A stretch of DNA of 64,000 bases from an uncultured bacterium (GTDB lineage Bacteria > Krumholzibacteriota > Krumholzibacteriia > LZORAL124-64-63). The stretch spans positions 22,563 through 86,562 of the forward strand of contig CAIWHK010000007.1 of the NCBI GenBank assembly GCA_903912525.1, read 5' to 3'. The position numbers and the translations under genes were made by a program. Below the pieces are notes generated by a model that did no database searches, was not told the DNA's origin, and was given only the letters and a program-made list of their open reading frames with translations. The stretch's first letter is position 1, and each line of letters opens with the position of its first letter. Shown in pieces: positions 1 to 9,332 of the stretch.

Positions 1-995
1 TGCATCAGCATGCCGCGCGGGCCGGCCTTGTCCTCCGCCACGTCGGCGATGGCCTCGTATGCCTTCAGGAGGCGCGGATCGTAGGCGCCGGTCTCGACGC
101 GCAGCGAATCAAGGACGCGCCTGACCGAATAGCCGCGCCCCTGCAACTCCTCGATACGGTTGGCCAGCTTCAGCACGCGAGAAGCGATCGGGATGTCGTC
201 GCCCGAGATCTTGCCGCGCGGCGATCCGGTGCCGTCGAAGTTCTTGTCCATGAACTGGATGGTCATCAGCACCTCGTCCAGGCGCGGGATGTGGCTGATG
301 ATGTTGTAGGTGACCTGCGGAACGCGCTCGACCATCCCCGATTCCTGCGCCGTGAGAGGCTCACCCGTCGCCAGCTTGGTGGCGATGGTATCGGGCAGCG
401 TGATGCGGCCGATCTGCGACAGCTGCGCCGCCACCTGCATCTGCCAGTCGATGTGAATCCCGGCCTCGGTGCACATGAGCTCCGCCAGGGTCTTCACGCG
501 CGTGCCGCGTCCGAAGAGCGTCGGGCTGGAGAGGGCGAGGATCTCGCTCATCGCATCGATGCTGCCCTTGAGGGTCTCCTCGAGCAGCACCCGTTCCGCC
601 GAGACCAGGCTGTGCTGACGGACACAGGCGCGAACCGCGTCGAGGATCTCCCCCATGGAACAGGGCTTGGCCAGGAAACGGAAGATGTTGCCCTCGTTGA
701 CGGCCCTGGCCACGATCTCGAGGTCCCCGTGACCGGTCAACAGCGCGCGGACAACGTCCGGGAATTCCCGGCGCACCTGCGTCAGCAGGTTGATGCCGTT
801 CATGTCCGGCATCCGCATGTCCGACACGATGACCTGGAACGGTTCGGGCGTCTCGCGAAGGGCTGTCAGGGCGTCCGCGGCGCTCGTCACCAGGGTCAGG
901 TCGAGCTTGTCCCGCAGGCTGCGCTCGATGGAATGAAGGACGCGCACTTCGTCGTCGACACACAGGACGCGCGGCAATTTGATGTTCTTTTTCAA
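1..995 (-). CDS. Response regulator with CheY-like receiver plus C-terminal HD-GYP-like domain, 3' partial (C-terminus runs off the window start). TTG start at 995 preceded by GGAGGG.
   Basis: Minus-strand translation begins LKKNIKLPRVLCVDDEVRVLHSIERSL...DMRMPDMNGINLL...K (receiver Asp and Lys signatures), followed by a region with an FDGTGSPRG motif resembling the DGSGYP of HD-GYP. Not in the ORF track because there is no in-frame ATG and no stop inside the window. Confidence 0.65.
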   Translation of the reverse strand, partial: MKKNIKLPRVLCVDDEVRVLHSIERSLRDKLDLTLVTSAADALTALRETPEPFQVIVSDMRMPDMNGINLLTQVRREFPDVVRALLTGHGDLEIVARAVNEGNIFRFLAKPCSMGEILDAVRACVRQHSLVSAERVLLEETLKGSIDAMSEILALSSPTLFGRGTRVKTLAELMCTEAGIHIDWQMQVAAQLSQIGRITLPDTIATKLATGEPLTAQESGMVERVPQVTYNIISHIPRLDEVLMTIQFMDKNFDGTGSPRGKISGDDIPIASRVLKLANRIEELQGRGYSVRRVLDSLRVETGAYDPRLLKAYEAIADVAEDKAGPRGMLM

Positions 996-1120
996 TTCCG
1001 CCCTCCCGGCGAGACGCACCCGTGTCGCCCGGCTAAGGGCTACACTTAATGTTCGGCCGCGAGTGCCGACACCTTGAGCAATCGCGGACACTTTCGTCGG
1101 CTTGAAGGGAGACGCGCTCG

Positions 1121-2464
1121 ATGGCCAGCACGACGACCACTGCAGACACCCTGGAGCCCAGGCAGGCGTCCGTGGAATCGCCTGCCGTCGAAATCGAGCG
1201 CGACCGCAGGCAGTCCGCACTGCGCGAACTCGCCGACAGCGAGAGCTATTCGCGCGTGCTGTTCCACGCCACCCAGACCGGCCTGGTCATCGCCGACCTG
1301 CGCACCGAGTGCATCATGGAGGCGAATCCGGCGGCGGCCGAGATCCTCGGGACGACAACAGATGACCTTTGTGGCCATTCCGCGGCGATCTGCGGCTTCG
1401 GCGATATCTTTGAACCCATGCGCGAGGGCAACCGTCTCCTGGAGCGCCACAAGGCGGAACTGAGACGCAGTGAAGGCACCGGCATCCCCGTGATCCTGTC
1501 GGCCGTCGCCCTGAAGCTGGGTGAGCGCGACGTGGTCGTCCTGAGTTTCGTCGACATCGGCGACATCAGCGCCGTCCAGGAGCAGCTCCGGCAGTCGCAC
1601 GTCCACCTGGAGGACGCGGCAAGGCGCCTGGAATCGCAACGCGACGCCATCATCCAGTCCGAGAAGATGGCGAGCATCGGCCAGCTTGCCGCCGGCGTGG
1701 CGCACGAGATCAACAACCCGATCGGCTACATCACGAGCAACCTGGCGACGATCTCGGAATACACCGACTTCCTGCGCACGCTCCTGTCGCTGTACCGCCA
1801 GTTGGCCGAAATGCCGATGGACGATCCGCGTCGGGACACCGTCATCGACGAATTGACGATCGCTTTGGACGAGGAGGACCTCGACTTCGTCCTCGGCGAC
1901 CTGGATGTCGTCCTGCGGGAATCGGTCGAAGGCACGACGCGGGTGGCGGACATCGTCCAGAACCTGAAGAGCTTCGCGCGGGAGGATTCGCTCCAGAAGA
2001 CGCCCCACGACCTCAACGAGGGCGTCGAGGCCATGATCCGCATGGTCTGGAACGAACTCAAGTACTCCTGCAAGATCGAGAAGGACCTGGGCGAGCTGCC
2101 GCTCATCCGGTGCCATGCCGGCCAGATCAACCAGGTGATCATGAACGTCCTGGTCAATGCGGCCCACGCCATGGCGCCGGCCGGGGGAACGATCACCATC
2201 TGCACGCGCGCCCACGAGGATGCGGTGGAAATCTCCATCTCCGACACGGGCTGCGGCATGACGCCCGAGGTCATGCAGCACATCTTCGACCCGTTCTTCA
2301 CGACCAAGGACGTCGGCAAGGGCACGGGGCTGGGCCTTTCCATCAGCCACGGCATCGTGTCGGACCACGGGGGACATTTTGACGTTTCCAGCGAACCGGG
2401 CAACGGTTCGAATTTCCGCATCTTCCTGCCGCTGGCTGAACTGGATGATGACATCGTGAGTTGA
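1121..2464 (+). CDS. PAS-domain sensor histidine kinase
   Basis: HisKA H-box AHEINNPIGYI; HATPase_c motifs DTGCGM and GKGTGLGLSIS; PAS-like N-terminus. Confidence 0.85.
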   Translation: MASTTTTADTLEPRQASVESPAVEIERDRRQSALRELADSESYSRVLFHATQTGLVIADLRTECIMEANPAAAEILGTTTDDLCGHSAAICGFGDIFEPMREGNRLLERHKAELRRSEGTGIPVILSAVALKLGERDVVVLSFVDIGDISAVQEQLRQSHVHLEDAARRLESQRDAIIQSEKMASIGQLAAGVAHEINNPIGYITSNLATISEYTDFLRTLLSLYRQLAEMPMDDPRRDTVIDELTIALDEEDLDFVLGDLDVVLRESVEGTTRVADIVQNLKSFAREDSLQKTPHDLNEGVEAMIRMVWNELKYSCKIEKDLGELPLIRCHAGQINQVIMNVLVNAAHAMAPAGGTITICTRAHEDAVEISISDTGCGMTPEVMQHIFDPFFTTKDVGKGTGLGLSISHGIVSDHGGHFDVSSEPGNGSNFRIFLPLAELDDDIVS

Positions 2465-2678
2465 GGCCCCGGAAGAATCTTCTCCCGGCGCGGCCGTGAC
2501 TCCCTCATTTTTTTCCGCGCCGCCGATCGGCCATGGTCGCGATTTTCGCAAGCTATTTGTTTTCAACACACTAACAACTACGGATTCCCCGCATGGGCGC
2601 GCACGAATCGTGCAATAGCTCCCCGGGGACCTGCGCCGACGAGCGGCGCCACGCCGCCCATGGCCGCATGAACCGGGA

Positions 2679-5366
2679 GTGCCCATGACCTGCGCGCGCC
2701 TCCACGACGACCACATGCGCGACCTTCTGGACGCCATGGGCGATGCCGTGGCGCTTCTTGGCGTCGACGGGACCATCCTGGCGATCAACGAAGCCGGAGC
2801 CGCCCAGCTCGGCCTTCCGCGCGACGAATTGATCGGGCGCTGCTGCTACCACCTGATGCCGCCCGAGATGGCCGCCTGCCGCCGTCAAATCGCCGAAGAA
2901 GTCACGCGCACGGGCCAGCCGAGGCACTTCGTCGACATGGCCGGCGGGCACTACCAGGAACACCATGTGCGCCCCCTGCGGGACGTTGACGGGCGTGTCA
3001 CGCGCCTGGCCGTCCACGTCGCGGACGTCACCGACCTGTGCCGGGCCGACCGGGAGCGGCAGGTCAAGTCCCTCGAACTGGAAACCATCCACGCGCACGT
3101 GCCGGTCGGCATCCTCCTGCTCGATTCCGAGCGGCGGGTGACCAAGGCCAACGAGGCCGTCGCCCGGATGGCCGGGGCCCCGCGCGAGGAGATCCTCAAC
3201 CGCATCGGCGGCGCTGCGCTCGGCTGCCTCAACCACCTGGACGACGAGCGCGGCTGCGGGCACGGGCCCAACTGCGCCCGGTGTGAGCTGCGACTGGCCC
3301 TAGTCCATGCGCTCGAAAACGGCATTGTCATCAACGCGCTGCCCGTGGCCCTGCCGGTGGAAGGTCCCGCCGGGCGCGAGATCAAGCATGTGCTCGTGTC
3401 GGCCGCGCCCATCACCATCGACGGACGCCCCCAGGTGCTGGTGTCCCTGCAGGACATCACGCCATTGCGCCAGGCCGAGGCCGACGTCGCCTTCAAGGCG
3501 ATGGTGCTGGACCAGATCCAGGACCGCGTCACCGTCACCGACATGCAGGGCACCGTGGTCTACGTCAACAATGCGGCCTGCCGGTCGCTGAAGAAGGCGC
3601 GCGAGGACCTGGTCGGCCGGAGCGTGTCCGGACTCGGCGAGGATGCGGCGCGCGGCGCCACCCAGCGTGAGATCATCGAGGGCACCATCGCCAACGGCGC
3701 CTGGCAGGGCGAAGTCGTCAACATCGCGGCGGACGGCGCCCCGGTGCTGCTGCACTGCCGCACCTCGCTGATCCGCGACGAACAGGGCGCGCCGATCGGC
3801 ATGTGCGGGATCGCCACGGACATCACCGAGACGAAGCGTCGCGAGGAACAGCTGCGCGAGAGCGAGCGGCGCTTCCGCCGCCTTCACGAACAGTTGCCGA
3901 TCGGCTACTTCGGCCTGGACCGCGAGGGCTGCTATGTCGACGCCAATCCCGCCTGGCTGAACCTGCTGGGGCTTCCCCGCGAGCAGGTCGAGGGTAGCCG
4001 GTTCACCGACCTGCTGGACGACAGCCACCTGGAGCGGTTCGCCGCCGCTCGGGCCCGCGTGCAGGAGGGCGGCGAGGAGCAGTTCGAGTGCGAGATCCGG
4101 GGCGGTGACGGCAGGGCCGTCACTTTCTTCTGCGTCGACCGGGGCGGACTGGACGACCAGGGCGGCGTCGACGTGACCCACTGGGTCGCGGCCGACGTCT
4201 CCGAGCGGCGACGGCTGGAGGCCCAGCTCCGCCAGGCCCAGAAGCTGGATGCGCTCGGGCGGCTGGCCGCAGGCGTCTCCCACGACTTCAACAACCAGCT
4301 GACGGTCATCTCCGGCTACTGCGACATCCTGCTGGGCCAGGTCCCCGCGGAGAGCCCCCTGCGCCCGGCGCTCGGCCAGATCCGGCGCGCCACCGAGCGG
4401 GCCTCGTCCACCACCGGCCACCTGCTGTCGTTCAGCCGCAAGCGCGACCTGGCGCCGCGCGATGTCGACCTCAACGACCTCCTGCGCGACCTGCTCCACC
4501 CGGTCAGCAAGCTGATCGGCGAGACGATCCGCGTGCGTCTGGAACTGTCGCCCCGCCTGCGCACCGTCTGCGTGGACCCGGGCGCGCTGCAGCAGGCCAT
4601 CTTCAACCTGATCATCAACGCCCGCGACTCGATGCCCGACGGGGGCACCCTCGTACTGCGCACGGCCAACCGGCCCGCCCCCGCGACGGCGCCGGGCGCC
4701 GGCCTGGTGACCCTGACGGTAGAGGACAGCGGCCACGGGATCAGCGACGGCGACCTGGAGCATGTGTTCGAGCCCTTCTTCACCACGAAGGGCGAGGGAC
4801 AGGGCACGGGACTCGGCCTGCCGATGGTCCGTGGCTTCGCCGAACAGAGCAGCGGCCAGGTCGAGATCCAGAGCCGCCCGGGCGTGGGCACGACAGCGAC
4901 GATCGCCTTGCCGGCCACGGCCGCCGCCGGTTCACCAAACGAGCAGGCAGAAGCCGCAAGTGAGCCGGAGCGACTGGCGGGACGCTTCCTGGTGGTCGAA
5001 GACTCCGAGTCGGTCCGCGACCTGGTGGGCGATGTCCTGCGCCGACAAGGAGCCGAGGTCGTGATGGCCTCCTCGCCGGAAGAAGCCCTGAGACTGGCCG
5101 CCAGCGGCGCCCGCTTCGACATGGTGGTCACGGACATCGTGATGCCGGGCATGCGCGGCGACGAGATGGTGTCGCGCCTGGTCGCCGCCGGCCGCGTCGA
5201 CCGGGTTGTCTACATGTCCGGCTACCATGACAAACGGACCGCGTCGATGTCGGGCCCCCTGCTGAGCAAGCCCTTCGCCGTGCAGGAACTCGTCGACATG
5301 GTCCAGAGCGTCATGCAGGAACCAGCCGCCGTCGCGGCGTCCGGCGCCCCCGGGAGGCCGCTGTGA
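2679..5366 (+). CDS. Multi-PAS hybrid sensor histidine kinase with C-terminal receiver domain
   Basis: H-box SHDFNNQLTVI; HATPase motifs DSGHGI and GQGTGLGL; C-terminal receiver LVVEDSESVRDLV...DIVMPGMRGDEM...K; several PAS repeats. Confidence 0.85.
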   Translation: MPMTCARLHDDHMRDLLDAMGDAVALLGVDGTILAINEAGAAQLGLPRDELIGRCCYHLMPPEMAACRRQIAEEVTRTGQPRHFVDMAGGHYQEHHVRPLRDVDGRVTRLAVHVADVTDLCRADRERQVKSLELETIHAHVPVGILLLDSERRVTKANEAVARMAGAPREEILNRIGGAALGCLNHLDDERGCGHGPNCARCELRLALVHALENGIVINALPVALPVEGPAGREIKHVLVSAAPITIDGRPQVLVSLQDITPLRQAEADVAFKAMVLDQIQDRVTVTDMQGTVVYVNNAACRSLKKAREDLVGRSVSGLGEDAARGATQREIIEGTIANGAWQGEVVNIAADGAPVLLHCRTSLIRDEQGAPIGMCGIATDITETKRREEQLRESERRFRRLHEQLPIGYFGLDREGCYVDANPAWLNLLGLPREQVEGSRFTDLLDDSHLERFAAARARVQEGGEEQFECEIRGGDGRAVTFFCVDRGGLDDQGGVDVTHWVAADVSERRRLEAQLRQAQKLDALGRLAAGVSHDFNNQLTVISGYCDILLGQVPAESPLRPALGQIRRATERASSTTGHLLSFSRKRDLAPRDVDLNDLLRDLLHPVSKLIGETIRVRLELSPRLRTVCVDPGALQQAIFNLIINARDSMPDGGTLVLRTANRPAPATAPGAGLVTLTVEDSGHGISDGDLEHVFEPFFTTKGEGQGTGLGLPMVRGFAEQSSGQVEIQSRPGVGTTATIALPATAAAGSPNEQAEAASEPERLAGRFLVVEDSESVRDLVGDVLRRQGAEVVMASSPEEALRLAASGARFDMVVTDIVMPGMRGDEMVSRLVAAGRVDRVVYMSGYHDKRTASMSGPLLSKPFAVQELVDMVQSVMQEPAAVAASGAPGRPL

Positions 5367-5935
5367 AAAGCCCCCTCTCCACAACCCAGGTCGCCATGAT
5401 GCTCGGCGTCACGTCCCAGACGATCGCGAACTGGATCGACCAGGGACAGCTGCGGGCCTCGCGCACGCCGGGCGGACATCGCCGCATCGACGCCGGTGAC
5501 TTCGAGGACTTCCTGACCAAACGCGGCATGCGCATGCCCGCGGAGCTGGTGGAGCACCCGCACACCATCCTGGTCGTCGAAGACGATCCCCAGGTGGGCC
5601 CCTGGCTGGTCCAGCAGTTGACCACGGCGCGCCCCGACCTGCACGTGATGCTGGCGCAGGACGGGTTCCGGGCCGGCGAACTGGTGGCCCTCACGCAGCC
5701 TGACACGGTGATCCTCGACATCTACCTGCCGGGCCTCGACGGGTTCGAGGTCTGCCGTCGCCTCAAGGGGCGCCCGGAGACCGCCGGCATCACCGTCATC
5801 GCAATGTCGGCCAACGACACGCCCGACGTTCGCGACACGATCCTCGAGGCCGGCGCCATCGCTTTCCTGCCCAAGCCCGTCAACCTGAGCCGCTTGCTCT
5901 GCGCGATCGCGGAACACCAACCGGTATCCGCATAG
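5363..5935 (+). CDS. MerR/excisionase-type HTH fused to receiver domain (response regulator)
   Basis: GTG start overlaps the upstream kinase stop (GTGA). N-terminal LSTTQVAMMLGVTSQTIANWIDQGQL HTH; ILVVEDD...LDIYLPGLDGFEV...K receiver motifs. Confidence 0.75.
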   Translation: MKSPLSTTQVAMMLGVTSQTIANWIDQGQLRASRTPGGHRRIDAGDFEDFLTKRGMRMPAELVEHPHTILVVEDDPQVGPWLVQQLTTARPDLHVMLAQDGFRAGELVALTQPDTVILDIYLPGLDGFEVCRRLKGRPETAGITVIAMSANDTPDVRDTILEAGAIAFLPKPVNLSRLLCAIAEHQPVSA

Positions 5936-6008
5936 GGGTCGGTCGGGGTCCCGGGCCGTGCGATCCTTAGCAAAGGAGTCCCATTTCCAAAAATTCCCAA
6001 AAATTCCC

Positions 6009-6035
6009 TAAATGTCCCTGTCGTCCGTCCGAAAA
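6009..6035 (+). promoter_or_regulatory. Possible sigma-28 (FliA)-like promoter TAAA-N15-TCCGAAAA upstream of cheW/MCP, preceded by three TTCCCAAAAAT-like direct repeats (5984-6008)
   Basis: Sequence ctTAAAtgtccctgtcgtccgTCCGAAAA compared with the TAAA-N15-GCCGATAA consensus (6 of 8 in the -10 element). About 140 bp upstream of the CheW start. Confidence 0.25.
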
Positions 6036-6173
6036 CGATCACGGTTGAAGTGACGTTCGGGGGCGGGCGCCCGAGTCCGGAACGGCAGCAACGTTGTTGC
6101 CGGGACGGAAGCGGGGTCCCTGGGCGCACGCATCGTGGCGATCATCAGGGTCGCCCTGCATGAGGAGGATCAT

Positions 6174-6662
6174 ATGACGGAGAATGAGGCTGTGCGGCCC
6201 GACTCGCAGGACAAGGCCGGCAAGTACCTCACCTTCAAGCTGGGTCCCGGGCACTACGGCCTGGAGATCCTCAAGGTACGCGAGATCATCGGGACCATCG
6301 GCGTCACCGCCATTCCCCTGGCTCCGCACCATGTGAAGGGTGTCATCAACCTGCGCGGCACGGTCATCCCGGTGGTTGACCTGCGGCTGAAGTTCGGCAT
6401 GGAGGAAGTCGAGGCCACCGCCGAGACGTGCATCATCGTGGCGCACGTCGGCGACCGCGAGATCGGGGTCCTCGTGGACCAGGTCTCCGAGGTCCAGTAC
6501 TTCAACGCTGCCGACATCCAGGATCCTCCCGCCTTTGGGCAGGGCGTCGACACGGAATTCATCCTTGGCATCGGCAAGGTCGGCGATCACGTCACTTTGC
6601 TTCTCGACATCAATCGTGTGCTCATTGCCAGCGAGATCGCGGATCTCTGTCTTACGGCGTGA
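6174..6662 (+). CDS. cheW: Chemotaxis coupling protein CheW
   Basis: Single CheW-like domain (KYLTFKLGPGHYGLEILKVREII...VINLRGTVIPVVDLR). Strong GAGGAGG RBS before the internal ATG at 6174 rather than the track start at 6135. Confidence 0.8.
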   Translation: MTENEAVRPDSQDKAGKYLTFKLGPGHYGLEILKVREIIGTIGVTAIPLAPHHVKGVINLRGTVIPVVDLRLKFGMEEVEATAETCIIVAHVGDREIGVLVDQVSEVQYFNAADIQDPPAFGQGVDTEFILGIGKVGDHVTLLLDINRVLIASEIADLCLTA

Positions 6663-6711
6663 TCACCATCTGCCGGCCGCCTGAGAACGGCCGTGTGAAG
6701 GGAGCGTACCA

Positions 6712-8721
6712 ATGCTGAAGAACATGAAACTCGGCGCTAAGATCAGCCTCGGCTTCGCGATGGTGATCTGTCTGGCGTCCGTCCTCGGCTCGCTGGGCGT
6801 CGTGAGCATGAACATGGTCCGGAAGAACTCCAACATCCTGGCCACCGAGTACATGCCGGAAGTCGAATACTGCAACCAGGTCGAGCGCAGCTCGCTGGCG
6901 ACGATGTACGCCGTTCGCGGCTACGCACTCAGCGAAGAGGCCAAGTACTTCGAGGAGGGGAACAAGGAACTGGTAGAGGTCAACAAGGCCCTCGACGACT
7001 GCGCCAAGCTGGCCACCGAGGCCAAGCACCTGACCAAGCTGGGGCCCGCCGTGCAGGCCGCCCAGGTCGCCGTCGACGATTACGAGGCCCTGCTGAAGCA
7101 GACCAACGAACTGATCACGAAGATGGACGGCAATCGCGCGACGCTGAACACGTCCGCGGCCCAGTTCATGGAGAACTGCAACACGTACCTGGCCAACCAG
7201 ACCGACAAGATGGACCAGGACATCGCCAAGGGCCTCAAGGGCGCCAAGCTGCGCGAGCGCATGAAGAAGATCACGCTGGTCAACGACATCATCGACCTCG
7301 GCAACGGCGCGCGCATCGCGAACTGGAAGGCCCAGGCCCTGCGCGAGCCGCAGTTCATCATCGATGCCGACAAGAACTTCGACCCGATGGCCGAGAAGTT
7401 CGCGGCAATGCGCGAGATCACCGCCGATCCCGCCAACCTCGAGCAGATCAACACGACCGAGAAGGCCGGCGCCGAGTACCGTGCGGCGATGAAGGACTTC
7501 CTGGCGAACTGGGAACAGCTGCAGGCCGTCGGCGTCAAGCGCGGCGAGGTCGGCAACAGCGTCCTGGCCCTGGCCAAGGAAACCTCCATGGCCGGCGTCG
7601 AGGGCGCGCGCAAGATCGCTGACGATGCGTCGGCGAGCCTGACCGCTTCTTCGCTGACCCTGCTCGTCGGCCTCGTGATCTGCATCGCGATCGGCACCTT
7701 TGCAGCGCTGATGATCACCCGTTCGATCGTCGGTCCGCTGCGTCGGATCATCGGCGGCCTGACCGCCGGCTCGCAGCAGACGTCCAGCGCCGCCGGCCAG
7801 GTGTCGTCGGCCAGCGTCTCGCTCGCGGACGGCGCCAGCCGCCAGGCGGCCGCCATCGAGGAAACCTCTTCCTCCATGGAAGAGATGGCCGCGATGACCC
7901 GCCAGAACGCAGCGAACGCCATCAAGGCCAATGCCCTGGCGTCGCAGACGAAGTCCAGCGCCGACCGCGGCGTGGACGCCATGCAGCGCATGAACACCGC
8001 CATCGACGACATCAAGAAGTCGAGCGACTCGACGGCCCGCATCATCAAGACGATCGACGAGATCGCCTTCCAGACCAACCTGCTGGCCCTCAACGCGGCT
8101 GTCGAAGCGGCGCGTGCCGGCGAGGCGGGCAAGGGCTTCGCGGTCGTGGCCGAGGAAGTGCGCAACCTGGCGCAGCGTTCGGCCGAGGCCGCCAAGAACA
8201 CGGCCCAGATGATCGAGGAGTCGGTCAAGAACGCCGACAACGGCGTGGCCATCACCCGCGAAGTGGGCGCGGCGCTGGCGGAGATCAGTTCGGCGGCCGC
8301 CGAGGTCAACGAACTGGTGGCCGGCATCGCCAAGGCCAGCAACGAGCAGGCCGAGGGCAACGCCCAGATCAACACGGCCGTGGGCCAGATGGACCACATC
8401 ACGCAGGCCAACGCTGCCAACGCGGAAGAGACCGCGTCGGCCAGCGAGGAGCTGTCGGGCCAGGCCGAGGAGCTGTCCTCGATGGTTCGCGAGCTCGAGT
8501 CGATGGTCGGTGGCGAGAACACCGGCTACGGCCCGCAGTTGAAGGTGCCGGCCAAGCCGATGCGCAAGTCCGCGCCGTCGCCGCAGCCCCCGCGGGCCCA
8601 GGCTAAGGCTCCCGCGCGCAATCAGGCTCCGGCCCGCTCGAAGAAGGTCGATCACGTGATCGCCTTCGACGAGGACGAGCTCGAGATGGTCGGCGCCGGC
8701 CGCGACATGATCGACATCTAG
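6712..8721 (+). CDS. Methyl-accepting chemotaxis protein (TM sensor, HAMP, MCP signalling domain)
   Basis: N-terminal TM helix, periplasmic helical sensor, second TM helix, then the conserved MCP hairpin [43 protein letters not shown]. Confidence 0.85.
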   Translation: MLKNMKLGAKISLGFAMVICLASVLGSLGVVSMNMVRKNSNILATEYMPEVEYCNQVERSSLATMYAVRGYALSEEAKYFEEGNKELVEVNKALDDCAKLATEAKHLTKLGPAVQAAQVAVDDYEALLKQTNELITKMDGNRATLNTSAAQFMENCNTYLANQTDKMDQDIAKGLKGAKLRERMKKITLVNDIIDLGNGARIANWKAQALREPQFIIDADKNFDPMAEKFAAMREITADPANLEQINTTEKAGAEYRAAMKDFLANWEQLQAVGVKRGEVGNSVLALAKETSMAGVEGARKIADDASASLTASSLTLLVGLVICIAIGTFAALMITRSIVGPLRRIIGGLTAGSQQTSSAAGQVSSASVSLADGASRQAAAIEETSSSMEEMAAMTRQNAANAIKANALASQTKSSADRGVDAMQRMNTAIDDIKKSSDSTARIIKTIDEIAFQTNLLALNAAVEAARAGEAGKGFAVVAEEVRNLAQRSAEAAKNTAQMIEESVKNADNGVAITREVGAALAEISSAAAEVNELVAGIAKASNEQAEGNAQINTAVGQMDHITQANAANAEETASASEELSGQAEELSSMVRELESMVGGENTGYGPQLKVPAKPMRKSAPSPQPPRAQAKAPARNQAPARSKKVDHVIAFDEDELEMVGAGRDMIDI

Positions 8722-8739
8722 AAGTCCGGGTCCCCGCGA

Positions 8740-8790
8740 CGGGACGGGGTGCGGCGTCCGCTTCGGCGGGCGCCGCGCCTTTTTCTATGC
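8740..8790. terminator. Putative bidirectional rho-independent terminator between the convergent MCP and CYTH genes
   Basis: GC-rich imperfect hairpin gcggcgtccgcttcggcgggcgccgc followed by cctttttct. Confidence 0.3.
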
Positions 8791-9309
8791 CCGGCCCAGC
8801 AGGTCGACGTACGCGCCTTCCACCAGTTGCGCCGGCGCAACTCCCAGCTGTGCCATCAGTGCGTGGGCCTCGGCTTCGCCCACCGCGCTCGCCTCGTCAT
8901 CGCGCAGCACGACCTCGAGCTCGAGGAATTCTCCCAACCCCTCCACGCGGTCCAGGTGCACCCGCGTTCGCCCGACCATGACCAGCGTGCGCCGCTTGCG
9001 CACGCGCCCCGCCTCGCCGTAGGCCAGCGACAGCGCGAGCCGCAGGGAGTCACAGTCGTCGACGGGCGCCAGCACGTAGAACGACTCCTTCGGGCCGGCA
9101 TCGTCCGCGCGGCGATAGTAGATCAGTTCGCCGCCGCCGGTCGCGAACGCGCGCAGCTTCAGGCGCCCGGTGTCGCAGGGGAAGAACGTGTCGTCCTGGA
9201 TGATGTCGCACGCCGGCTCGGTGGCCAGCGCCGCGGCGCGGGCGGCGACGGCGTCCAGTGACGCTCCGTCGCCGCCCAGCCGGGCCTTGATCTCGATGTT
9301 GCGGGGCAT
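8785..9309 (-). CDS. CYTH-domain protein (CyaB/ThTPase class IV adenylyl cyclase-like)
   Basis: N-terminal MPRNIEIKARL, matching the ExExK signature of CYTH triphosphate tunnel enzymes. Confidence 0.65.
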   Translation of the reverse strand: MPRNIEIKARLGGDGASLDAVAARAAALATEPACDIIQDDTFFPCDTGRLKLRAFATGGGELIYYRRADDAGPKESFYVLAPVDDCDSLRLALSLAYGEAGRVRKRRTLVMVGRTRVHLDRVEGLGEFLELEVVLRDDEASAVGEAEAHALMAQLGVAPAQLVEGAYVDLLGRA

Positions 9310-9332
9310 GGTCCTCCGGGGGTCGGTGATCC

